Source: a virus
DNA length: 64,000 nt
IMG/VR virus record: IMGVR_UViG_3300044631_002183
Coordinates: 32,001 to 96,000 of that record
Direction: 5' to 3' (one strand)
Part shown: piece by piece, positions 48,846 to 56,618 of the stretch
Layout of the letters: each line of letters begins with the position of its first letter
Position numbering within the stretch: position 1 is the first letter of the stretch
Position numbers and translations under genes: made by a program
The notes under the pieces: generated by a model
Database searches by the model: none
The model's input: only the letters and a program-made list of their open reading frames with translations
Told to the model about the DNA's origin: nothing

Positions 48846-50816
48846 TTAGCGAATCGGGCAAGCGCCTGTAGAGCATTCAGCCATATCAAGCATATCTGAA
48901 CTATTGATAATCAAAGAAGACATGGGTTTAACCTTTGCGATAGCCGAAAGATAAGTCTCCTCATCAATCTCTTGATATGGAGCTTGCTTGAAGCCGTGAT
49001 TCTTGAACAAAAGGAAGCTTACGCTCTTGACATTATGTTCGTAGTTATCTTTTAGCCAAGTCTTCAACGAGTCAAGCTCTTCTGGCTTGTAGTAAGCGGT
49101 GACAGAAACCGCATTGTCTGACCAGTCTGTTTGGAGCTTCTTAACCATATCTAGCTGCTTAAGAACGTCCATGTCCTTTGCGAGAATTGACCCCTCTGGA
49201 GTTTGGCAAGGGAAATAAACTACAACAGTATCTCTATTTTCTGTTCCATCGAAATTAACAAGGAATTCTACATGGTATCCCATATCCTTGCAAATTTGCA
49301 CTAGAGCATCAGAGCTAGACATACGAACAGTGCGCATGTAATACTTGCTGAATGCTGGATGAACGCCGGGGGTTGCTCCACCCAATAGACTCAGCGTACC
49401 ACTAGGCTTGACAGTCGTGAGCTTAATGCTTTCAGGCCAACCGCGCTGCTTGCTCCAAGTCCTATCAAAATTACGAAGAGCGACATAACAATCATCAAGC
49501 CAATCAAGCTTATCCAAAGACTGACATACGCCAGTGACGCCAAGGCCGAGGCGCATATTCTTGTGAACGATCTTATTAGTTTCTTCATGAATGAATGGAA
49601 GAGAGGCAATAGCTTTTTGAGTCTTATATAGAAGAGTCGCGCAATCAATTAGCTCTTCCTTTGATGTGATATTGTTTAGATAAAGCTCGCAAAGATTGCA
49701 GCACTCATAGTTAGAAAGACTAATCTCAGCGCAAGGATTTGTCATCTCGCAGTTATCAACTTCAGTAGGATACATTGAGTTGTCTGAGATAGGTCCGTCC
49801 TTGATTCGACCAAACTTCTGAGACAATGGCAAATTAAAGAAACCATAAGGCTCTCCATTTGCATAGCCGCTATCTTGATTTATCTCGTAGCCGTTTTTCC
49901 AGATTTCGTCAAGCACATGATCATAACTATCTGCATAGATAGTATTATTGCTCATAGCTCGCCAATTTGGAACATTTCCGGTTCCCCAGTTCTTAGCGCG
50001 GAGATATAGAATGTCGTCTGGATCGCCTAGAGCAATTTCAGCACTTCTACGCACATTACCAGCAACAACAACGCTACCAATGATGTTGCAAACGTCAAGA
50101 ACATCAATTGAACGAAGTTTTTTACCTTCTCTTGACTGAAAGAGTTTTGTGATCTTATCGATTCCATCAATAAGGACTTGTGGACCAGAAGCTTTGCCCC
50201 CAAATCCCTTGATTGGCTCGCCGTACCCTCTGATGAGAATCGTCGAATAAGAAAAAGATTTACCTGTAACGTAAAAAGCGTCCAATACTTTCGAAAGCAA
50301 ATTAACCCAACCTTCGCGTTTATCAGGAACAATGTAGTCAGCGTCTTTAGATCCTTCATGAATAACCTTTACACTTTTCTTGATCTTTGGAAGCTCATGG
50401 ACATCTTCTCTGCGAATGCTATAACCCACTCCACCTCCAAGCATCAAGTTCTCAAAAAGAAACAAAAACGCATTAGGCTCTCTCATTGCAACAGCCCAGC
50501 AGTTGAGAAGAGAGTTAGCCCCAAAGCGGTCTACAGTGGAAGTGCCAAGCTGCCAAAGCATTCGGCCAGCAAGATTGCACTTTAAGTTAAAGATATAATC
50601 GTAAATTCTTTCAGCTTCTTGCTCAGTGTATCCAGCGCCGATTTTCTGAGCGCCATTGACGCATCGCTCTACCGTTTCATGCCACTCTTCAGTGTTGCCA
50701 TCCTCCTTTAGTCTGGCGTAGGTTCTCTTGTAGACTATATAACCCAAACCATTGAAGCCCCAGTTTGGTTGTTTATTTTTATATTTGGAAATGAATTCTT
50801 TAGATAGTATGCTCAT
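48846..50816 (-). CDS. nrdJ: Class II (adenosylcobalamin-dependent) ribonucleotide reductase, monomeric RTPR type
   Basis: YKRTYAR, AGRMLW, LLNC, GNVRRSAEI, TNPCAEI, CNLCE, TVKPSGT, C-terminal CSTGACPIR. Confidence 0.95.
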   Translation of the reverse strand: MSILSKEFISKYKNKQPNWGFNGLGYIVYKRTYARLKEDGNTEEWHETVERCVNGAQKIGAGYTEQEAERIYDYIFNLKCNLAGRMLWQLGTSTVDRFGANSLLNCWAVAMREPNAFLFLFENLMLGGGVGYSIRREDVHELPKIKKSVKVIHEGSKDADYIVPDKREGWVNLLSKVLDAFYVTGKSFSYSTILIRGYGEPIKGFGGKASGPQVLIDGIDKITKLFQSREGKKLRSIDVLDVCNIIGSVVVAGNVRRSAEIALGDPDDILYLRAKNWGTGNVPNWRAMSNNTIYADSYDHVLDEIWKNGYEINQDSGYANGEPYGFFNLPLSQKFGRIKDGPISDNSMYPTEVDNCEMTNPCAEISLSNYECCNLCELYLNNITSKEELIDCATLLYKTQKAIASLPFIHEETNKIVHKNMRLGLGVTGVCQSLDKLDWLDDCYVALRNFDRTWSKQRGWPESIKLTTVKPSGTLSLLGGATPGVHPAFSKYYMRTVRMSSSDALVQICKDMGYHVEFLVNFDGTENRDTVVVYFPCQTPEGSILAKDMDVLKQLDMVKKLQTDWSDNAVSVTAYYKPEELDSLKTWLKDNYEHNVKSVSFLLFKNHGFKQAPYQEIDEETYLSAIAKVKPMSSLIINSSDMLDMAECSTGACPIR

Positions 50817-50864
50817 AGGTAAAAAGAGGTAAGATGATTTACACAGTATTAGAGGAAAATGGAA

Positions 50865-51239
50865 TTAGTCAAGTTGAATGTTAGGAACTTCTGAAGGATT
50901 TACCTTGCTCTTATATTTCATACCTCTTCTTTTCTTGGAGTATTTCTCTTCAGCTTTTTGACGCAACGGATCAACTCCATCGTGTTTTGCGGCTCTTTTG
51001 TCACTAAGCTCTTGAGAATAATCCCAGATTTCTCCAAGAGTACCTTTCATCTTACCTGTCTTTTCTACAAATTTTGACGATGAGTCTAAATCAAATTCTG
51101 TGTCTATTTGAGCATTAGGTATAGTAAAAACTCTTTCATACTTAATTCCTTCCTCGGAATAGGTGTGATCGTCGTTCATGCCCTGAAACACAGAAATAAT
51201 CTTACCTGTCTTAGGGTTCTTAAAAAGATAAATTGGCAT
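50865..51239 (-). CDS. FmdB-like small protein (Cys-less ribbon variant)
   Basis: MPIYLFKNPKTG...ERVF aligns with the MPIYEY.C..CG FmdB pattern but lacks the Cys residues. Confidence 0.5.
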   Translation of the reverse strand: MPIYLFKNPKTGKIISVFQGMNDDHTYSEEGIKYERVFTIPNAQIDTEFDLDSSSKFVEKTGKMKGTLGEIWDYSQELSDKRAAKHDGVDPLRQKAEEKYSKKRRGMKYKSKVNPSEVPNIQLD

Positions 51240-51240
51240 A

Positions 51241-52323
51241 TTAAATTAAAGATAGCAGCTTGTTTGCTGTAGTGGAATACTTGAATTGTTCTTGTATTTT
51301 TAGCCCTTGATGGTTGATTCTGTCTTTCTCGACTCTTCTGATTGCCTCTTCGCAGCCAGCAATAAATTCGTCTTCAGAAAAATCAAAAATATTGCCTTGA
51401 TTAAATGGGGTTCCTTTAGAGAAAAACTTGCCATCGTAAACTTCGATCTTTGATCTTGGTTGGACCAAAATGGCATTGCTTTCGTTCGCCCACTCTTTGT
51501 AAGAAGTGGCATTTAAAACAACAGCGTGTTTACCAAGGCCGACAGATTGGAATTCCGGCAAGCCCCAGCCTTCCGCTCCAGACATAGCTAAAATAATATC
51601 AGCAGAATTAAGAAAGTTATTATATGTAGCATTTTTAGGCATGGTAGATAAAAACGTTACATTAAATATAGGCTTTCCATCTAGTATATTAGAATATATA
51701 GACTTTAGCTCTGCTGGATCTTGATAAAAAGCGTTATTAATTGCGCACTGCAAAGAATACCTCTTGTCCTTTCCAAACTTTTTAATCCAAGCTTTGATTA
51801 TTTTTGCATGGTGTTTTCTCTTTTCGAATTTACCACATACATTGAAAGTAATTCTACCATCATCAAAATACTTTTTATTTGTTATTTTGAAGTGCTTAGA
51901 ATCAAATCCTAGTGGAACCACAGTTGATTGAATTCCAGAATTTGCAAAAACATCCTTAGTGTATTGAGAAGTAACACAAACATCGCTGCTCTTTAAAATA
52001 TTTGATTCAATTGGAGTAAGTTGATCAGTTTCATGGAATGTCAAAAGCACTTGCTTGTTAGAATATGATCTAATTGAATCATTAATGTGCCAAACTCTAA
52101 TAATAGGAATATTTCTATTGTGCTTTAAAAAAGCATCGTTATGATTTCTAATAATCCAATCTACAAATTCTTGCTCAAAGTCATAGGCAGAGAAGTCTAT
52201 TTGATGTTCAGAAGCTTTAAATATAGAAGGATTGAGTCCCATTTTAAAGAACTCATATAGCAAGTTAAAACTTACTTGCCCAAAACTTAAAGAATTTAGA
52301 GGAACTTGAACAGCAAAGTGCAT
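51241..52323 (-). CDS. GT-B (GT4-like) glycosyltransferase
   Basis: VVPLGFD, CGKFEKRK, SGAEGWGLPEFQS. Confidence 0.8.
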   Translation of the reverse strand: MHFAVQVPLNSLSFGQVSFNLLYEFFKMGLNPSIFKASEHQIDFSAYDFEQEFVDWIIRNHNDAFLKHNRNIPIIRVWHINDSIRSYSNKQVLLTFHETDQLTPIESNILKSSDVCVTSQYTKDVFANSGIQSTVVPLGFDSKHFKITNKKYFDDGRITFNVCGKFEKRKHHAKIIKAWIKKFGKDKRYSLQCAINNAFYQDPAELKSIYSNILDGKPIFNVTFLSTMPKNATYNNFLNSADIILAMSGAEGWGLPEFQSVGLGKHAVVLNATSYKEWANESNAILVQPRSKIEVYDGKFFSKGTPFNQGNIFDFSEDEFIAGCEEAIRRVEKDRINHQGLKIQEQFKYSTTANKLLSLI

Positions 52324-52353
52324 AAAAAAACCTACCTATTGTTATAGGTAGGT
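52324..52353 (-). terminator. Rho-independent terminator-like hairpin abutting the GT4 start codon
   Basis: 10-bp stem ACCTACCTAT/ATAGGTAGGT with a 4-nt loop, then a T run and ATG on the - strand. Confidence 0.7.
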
Positions 52354-52375
52354 GAAAAAGATTTTCTACTTTTTA

Positions 52376-52675
52376 TTATAGAACCCCATCATCGTCCTCA
52401 GACGTTGATTGCGTCTTTTTAGATGACGCTGGAGCGGCTGTGCCAGCCAATTCCTTTTGCTTATTTTCAGCACGATCAGAAGCGTAAATCCGAAAGTCCG
52501 GAGACTTGTCAGACTTCTTCTCCTTGTTTGAGAAGATAACAATATCAATCTTTCCCTCAAGAGAGGAATTAATATGACCAGTCATATACTTCTGTGATTT
52601 GTCCTTGCTGACTTTCATCCACAAGGCACCCAGTTCGCGGTTGTCCCACTTATTTTCAGTCTTAGTAGCATTCAT
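52376..52675 (-). CDS. DUF736-like small (probably ssDNA-binding) protein
   Basis: LGALW...YMTG...IVIF.N..K...PDFRIY plus acidic tail EDDDGVL. Confidence 0.6.
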   Translation of the reverse strand: MNATKTENKWDNRELGALWMKVSKDKSQKYMTGHINSSLEGKIDIVIFSNKEKKSDKSPDFRIYASDRAENKQKELAGTAAPASSKKTQSTSEDDDGVL

Positions 52676-52707
52676 GCCGACTCATTATCGTCTCTAAAAA
52701 CAAAATG

Positions 52708-53316
52708 TCAAACTAAATCGAAAGAATTTTTACTTACAATTTTATTCTTCAAGAAAGACCTTGCTTTTTCATGAAGATTAATGGCTGTTTGAGTGCTGAT
52801 GTTGAGTTTCTTTGCTATTTTATTCCAAGTAGTTAACTTAGATGAGTTAGAAAAGTATCTAAGCCTATAAACTTCATTTATTCTCTGATCCTTGAAAGAA
52901 GACAGGAGAGAAGAAAGATAGTCATACATTTCTGTGTTTTTATCAGTAGTAGATAAAATATCCTTGTTAACAAAAGTATCTATTCCAAATCCTTCATTTA
53001 AAACATACTTCTTGTTAGAATTTATATAATTCAGGAAATGATACCTAGCGCAATTACAGAACCAAGTTGAAAACTTCGTTTTCTGCTTCGCATCGAAAGA
53101 CTGAACTGCTTTATAAAGAATAAAGTCTTTTTCAGACTTAATCTCTTCTTTGCTCATCCCCATTTTAGTCAAAGCCTGAGAATATCTTCTGGCTATTGAA
53201 AAATAAAAATTATCATAAGAACTAGATAATTTTTCGAAACTGTCGTTGCAGTTAAACTCTTTAATCTTCTTGACTAAAGAAATATCAGAATCTTGTATAG
53301 ATTTTAATTTTGTCAT
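52708..53316 (-). CDS. Phage RNA polymerase sigma factor (sigma70 regions 2 and 4)
   Basis: LYKAVQSFDAKQKTKFSTW (region 2); RLRYF...TWNKIAKKLNISTQTAINLHEKA (region 4 HTH). Confidence 0.8.
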   Translation of the reverse strand: MTKLKSIQDSDISLVKKIKEFNCNDSFEKLSSSYDNFYFSIARRYSQALTKMGMSKEEIKSEKDFILYKAVQSFDAKQKTKFSTWFCNCARYHFLNYINSNKKYVLNEGFGIDTFVNKDILSTTDKNTEMYDYLSSLLSSFKDQRINEVYRLRYFSNSSKLTTWNKIAKKLNISTQTAINLHEKARSFLKNKIVSKNSFDLV

Positions 53317-53771
53317 AAACTTTATCCTTGATGCTCTGTGTTTCCACAGAGACTTTCCTTTCTACCATCGCCTTATAGCTTTTCCTTGAGTTGGCTACGA
53401 AGCAATAGCAGGTCAACTTAGACTCTTATATCTAAGTATTATTCACCCCAAAAGTACCCGAATCAGTCATCGCATCTCCGGCTTTAGCAAGTCCGTTTAG
53501 CTATCGACTACCTTTGGCTATTTCAGTCTGTTGTTTACGCAGTGACTTTTTTTCAGACGCTACCATCGCCTTTTCCTTTGAGAGGAACGAAGTTTCTAGC
53601 AGTTTTAAATAGGACTCATTTACGACGCGGCCTCTCCCGAACGCACGCTGGAATTTCTTCCAATTTCCTATTGTCTTTTGACGGGCTTGTTGATCATTTA
53701 AGATTTTTAAAATAAGGAGTCTATCCTTAAGTGAGCGTGGTTTCGCTCGGCTACCTCTGCACAACAGACTG
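53317..53771 (-). ncRNA. Candidate large structured non-coding RNA or 5' leader of the sigma factor gene
   Basis: Only long intergenic gap in the window. Promoter-like element at 53777-53805; 11-bp long-range stem 53761-71/53524-34; several local hairpins, two with GAAA tetraloops; duplicated 13-nt motif. Confidence 0.65.
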
Positions 53772-53806
53772 CACACAGTTTTAGATGCTTTTTCCGAAAA
53801 GTCAAA

Positions 53807-54214
53807 TCATTTCTTCAATGAATCCGGTGAAGCCTTTGAAGCGATATAAATAAGATTCTTTAAATCTTTCTCAGAAATATTAAGAACATCACATTTTTCA
53901 GAATCGCTTCCAAGAGCTTGACACATATCATTTATTACAGATGCGATCCCAGCAGCAACCAAACCGCTAACTTCGATTGTTTGAGAAAATGACTCAAGAG
54001 GCTTTACCAAGACCCAGTAGTCTTCGCCATTCAAAGAGCAAGAACGAAGCACGTTTGCCTTTTCCATTTCTTTCAATGCGCAAATAAGAGCAGCGTTTTC
54101 AGAGTCCTCATCGTCCGAGACAAGAATAACTTCTTTTCTATTCTTCTTTACATTAAAACAGGTATGATTGTTGAAGTATTCGTTGAGGAGCTGATAACAT
54201 TCAATAATGTTCAT
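53807..54214 (-). CDS. Hypothetical protein
   Basis: 135-aa ATG ORF with its own promoter-like element. Confidence 0.6.
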   Translation of the reverse strand: MNIIECYQLLNEYFNNHTCFNVKKNRKEVILVSDDEDSENAALICALKEMEKANVLRSCSLNGEDYWVLVKPLESFSQTIEVSGLVAAGIASVINDMCQALGSDSEKCDVLNISEKDLKNLIYIASKASPDSLKK

Positions 54215-54219
54215 ACCTT

Positions 54220-54283
54220 AATATGGTAAAGGATCAATAAAAATCAAACTTTATGTTGACTTTTTTTATAGTGCCCCAATAAT
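54220..54283. promoter_or_regulatory. Back-to-back divergent sigma70-like promoters
   Basis: - strand TTGATT-N16-CATATT, 5 nt before ATG 54214; + strand TTGACT-N16-AATAAT, 6 nt before ATG 54290. Confidence 0.6.
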
Positions 54284-54289
54284 ACTGGC

Positions 54290-54712
54290 ATGGATATACA
54301 CATCAAGTTGCTTAGCGATTTGGCCAAAACTCCGACTCAAGGAACTCAATTTTCGGCTGGTTATGATTTGTATGCAGCAGAAGCTGTTGTTGTGCCAAGA
54401 CTTGGAAGAAAGCTTATTAAAACCAATGTAAGCTTGGCCATTCCAATGAACTACTATGGAAGAATCGCTCCAAGGTCCGGCTTAGCTTACAAGAATGGCA
54501 TTGATGTACTAGCTGGAGTAATTGACTCTGATTACCGTGGAGACATAGGTGTAATTTTGTACAATACTGATGCAAATATAGACTTCGAAGTGAAGGTTGG
54601 AGATAAAATTGCTCAAATAATCATTGAGCCTTGCGCCTCTGTCAACTTCGTAAACACCCAAACTCTTCCTGCAACCAAGCGCGGAGAAGGCGGATATGGA
54701 CATACAGGCTAA
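54290..54712 (+). CDS. dut: dUTPase (trimeric)
   Basis: AGYDL, RIAPRSGLA, GVIDSDYRG, GDKIAQ, RGEGGYGHTG. Confidence 0.97.
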   Translation: MDIHIKLLSDLAKTPTQGTQFSAGYDLYAAEAVVVPRLGRKLIKTNVSLAIPMNYYGRIAPRSGLAYKNGIDVLAGVIDSDYRGDIGVILYNTDANIDFEVKVGDKIAQIIIEPCASVNFVNTQTLPATKRGEGGYGHTG

Positions 54713-55049
54713 TTTTATACAAGCCGCATCTTGCGCGGCTTTATCATTTTTGTTGTATAAAACGGAATTTCTTGTCGAATATGGCAAGATTTTCCGTCTT
54801 ATTTCATTTTCAAAGCTTATAGAGTATAAGTGCTTCAAGATCCAAAATAATAAAAAGTCAAATTATCTTGATTTCTTAAGCTATAATAGCGATAACTTTT
54901 TTATTAAGCTGTTAAGCTGCCCTTATTGTTTGGGATTTTGGATGTGTTTAATTGCATCAAAAATTCAATTTGTCCTTTTTGTTTATTTTGTGTATGTAAT
55001 ATTGTATAAGATGATAGACATTATGTTTGACTATGGAGCTAGAAATTAA
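54696..55049 (+). CDS. Small membrane protein (DUF1360-like)
   Basis: KLLSCPYCLGFW followed by a hydrophobic segment. Confidence 0.5.
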   Translation: MDIQANFIQAASCAALSFLLYKTEFLVEYGKIFRLISFSKLIEYKCFKIQNNKKSNYLDFLSYNSDNFFIKLLSCPYCLGFWMCLIASKIQFVLFVYFVYVILYKMIDIMFDYGARN

Positions 55050-55332
55050 AGGACTTATAGAATTTTGTAGGGCTATTTCATCAAGCCCAACAGAAGTGGC
55101 CAAATCAAAAGAGTTAGTTGACTGTTTGTCTTTTTGCTTAGATGGATTGTCTAATTGTAATTGCTCAAATAAACCAAGCGTAGAATCTTATGAGCAAAAA
55201 TATTTAGAAAGAGCAAGTTCTTTTTCAGAAGATGCTTTGAAAGTTCTAGGAGTTATTCTAGATCCTAATTCAGCTTACTCAGATATTTACATTTCATTTC
55301 CCAATATAGATAAAAAAATAAAAATCAAATGA
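55027..55332 (+). CDS. Hypothetical protein
   Basis: About 100-aa ORF (start may be ATG 55033); ATGA overlap with the next small ORF. Confidence 0.5.
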   Translation: MTMELEIKGLIEFCRAISSSPTEVAKSKELVDCLSFCLDGLSNCNCSNKPSVESYEQKYLERASSFSEDALKVLGVILDPNSAYSDIYISFPNIDKKIKIK

Positions 55333-55508
55333 AAGAAACAAAACTTGACATTAACTCAAGACTTGTAGGAAAGACTGTTCGCGTTTTAGACCCAGATGGC
55401 GAATGGGTAGGAGAAGTTTCTGCTGTTAAAGATGAATATACGTTCTTAGTTTCTAATGGCAATACTTTAGTGGCTGTTGATATTTTTGATATTAGGTCTC
55501 TAAATTAA
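55329..55508 (+). CDS. 59-aa protein missing from the ORF track, possible Sm/Hfq- or SH3-like beta-barrel
   Basis: Read manually: MKETKLDINSRLVGKTVRVLDPDGEWVGEVSAVKDEYTFLVSNGNTLVAVDIFDIRSLN*. ATGA-coupled to the upstream gene and fills the gap. Confidence 0.6.
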   Translation: MKETKLDINSRLVGKTVRVLDPDGEWVGEVSAVKDEYTFLVSNGNTLVAVDIFDIRSLN

Positions 55509-55524
55509 GTGTAATGTTTGTTAT

Positions 55525-55725
55525 ATGCCACTTCCAAAGCCTAGAAAAAACGAAAAGCAAAGCGAATTTGTATCAAAATGTATGGGCGATCCTACCATGA
55601 ACAAGGATTTCCCGCAACAAAAACAAAGAGCCGCTGTTTGCTATAGCCAATTCAAAAGAAAAGCAAAGGCATCTGAGTCTCTAGATTGGGAAGATTCTTC
55701 TGACGAAAGTTTCATAATTTATTAA
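55525..55725 (+). CDS. Small phage-type hypothetical protein
   Basis: MPLPKP..NE....FVSKCM.D......FP...QRAAVCYS pattern; preceded by a GTGTAA motif. Confidence 0.6.
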   Translation: MPLPKPRKNEKQSEFVSKCMGDPTMNKDFPQQKQRAAVCYSQFKRKAKASESLDWEDSSDESFIIY

Positions 55726-55726
55726 T

Positions 55727-55753
55727 AAAAAAGGCGCGGTTTTTAGCCGCGCC
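55727..55753 (-). terminator. Rho-independent terminator between convergent genes
   Basis: GGCGCGG/CCGCGCC stem followed by T6 on the - strand. Confidence 0.75.
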
Positions 55754-55761
55754 GTGTTGTT

Positions 55762-55929
55762 TTACTTCTTCTTCGAGGAGCCAGAGCTTCCTGAACTTCC
55801 CGGTGGCGCTGGCTTGCCTACGTTACCAGTGTTACCAGTCTTCTTAACCGCCTTCTTCGTTGCTGTAGTTGTTGCAGGCTTTGATGCCTTCTTAGTAGAT
55901 GTCTTAGTCTTAGATGTCTTGTTCATCAT
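55762..55929 (-). CDS. 55-aa Lys/Thr/Ser-rich basic (histone-H1-like) protein missing from the ORF track
   Basis: Read manually: MMNKTSKTKTSTKKASKPATTTATKKAVKKTGNTGNVGKPAPPGSSGSSGSSKKK*. Has its own promoter-like element (TAGACT-N16-TAAGAT) and terminator. Confidence 0.7.
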   Translation of the reverse strand: MMNKTSKTKTSTKKASKPATTTATKKAVKKTGNTGNVGKPAPPGSSGSSGSSKKK

Positions 55930-55933
55930 TTTT

Positions 55934-55997
55934 ATCTTAATCGTAACTTTAAAAAAGTCTAGAAAAATCTTGACTTAATCAAAAAAAATTCTATACT
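55934..55997. promoter_or_regulatory. Back-to-back divergent sigma70-like promoters
   Basis: - strand TAGACT-N16-TAAGAT; + strand TTGACT-N16-TATACT, 9 nt before ATG 56007. Confidence 0.6.
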
Positions 55998-56006
55998 TGA
56001 TAAGTC

Positions 56007-56618
56007 ATGGGCATAGAGGATAAAATTATTTGCTTGTGCCTCAACAAAAGGTGGCAACCAATTGGGGTTAAATCTGTAAGAGATGCTTTCAGTGAATTGG
56101 TGCATCCCAATTGTGTGGCATTAAATGTCATCTATAAGAAAAATGAAGATGGATCTTTAAATTTTTCTGACATAGAAGATATTCAAGCCGTCAAATGGGA
56201 CGAGTGGCTAACTCTTCCTGTCAGAAAGTGCGACTTAGAAATTCGCACAAGCAAGATGTCTATAAGAGTACCGACTATCATTGCTTCGTCTAAATACTCT
56301 GAAGTACCCGTAAAAACATTTCGTCCTACTAGAAACAATATTTGGCTTAGAGACCAAGGTATTTGCCAATACAGTGGTAAAAAATTAAAACCAGAAGAAG
56401 CAAATATAGACCATCCTTTTCCAAAATCAAGAGGAGGCCCGAACACTTGGGAGAATATGGTTCTTTGCCACAAGGATATAAATTCTAAAAAGGGAAGCAA
56501 AACACCAGAAGAAGCTGGGCTAAAACTTATTAGAAAGCCAAAGCCAATGGCCCCGAGATTAGCAAGTGATGCTATTGATTTCAAAAACCATGTTGATTGG
56601 AGCGTATTTTTAAAATGA
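56007..56618 (+). CDS. HNH endonuclease (McrA-like family)
   Basis: RNNIWLRD..ICQYSG, NIDHPFPKSRGG.NTWENMV, N..KG.KTPEEAG. Confidence 0.9.
   Translation: MGIEDKIICLCLNKRWQPIGVKSVRDAFSELVHPNCVALNVIYKKNEDGSLNFSDIEDIQAVKWDEWLTLPVRKCDLEIRTSKMSIRVPTIIASSKYSEVPVKTFRPTRNNIWLRDQGICQYSGKKLKPEEANIDHPFPKSRGGPNTWENMVLCHKDINSKKGSKTPEEAGLKLIRKPKPMAPRLASDAIDFKNHVDWSVFLK

Noticed and set aside
25081-50816. Inteins or introns in dnaE, dnaB, recA or nrdJ
   Set aside because: Protein lengths and motif spacing are normal or compact; no intein splice-junction or LAGLIDADG motifs were seen.
53501-53776. 91-aa GTG ORF in the large intergenic region
   Set aside because: The GTG directly abuts the predicted -10 box and lies upstream of the expected start site. 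The protein has no motif, and the region is better explained by RNA structure. Not fully excluded.
53317-53776. Assigning the RNA to a known class (group II GUGYG start, group I P/Q/R/S-like words, RNase P-like AGGAAAGUC, B12-box-like GACCUGC, tmRNA/tRNA)
   Set aside because: Only short isolated resemblances. There is no convincing domain V, no interrupted host gene, wrong order for RNase P, no cobalamin core, and no T-loop/CCA end. A covariance-model search is needed.
55754-55978. 74-aa hydrophobic + strand ORF
   Set aside because: Antisense shadow of the Lys-rich - strand gene, which has its own promoter-like element and terminator.
56007-56618. HNH as an intron-encoded or mobile homing element
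   Set aside because: Free-standing with its own promoter-like element and coupled to the kinase gene; no interrupted gene or flanking repeats.
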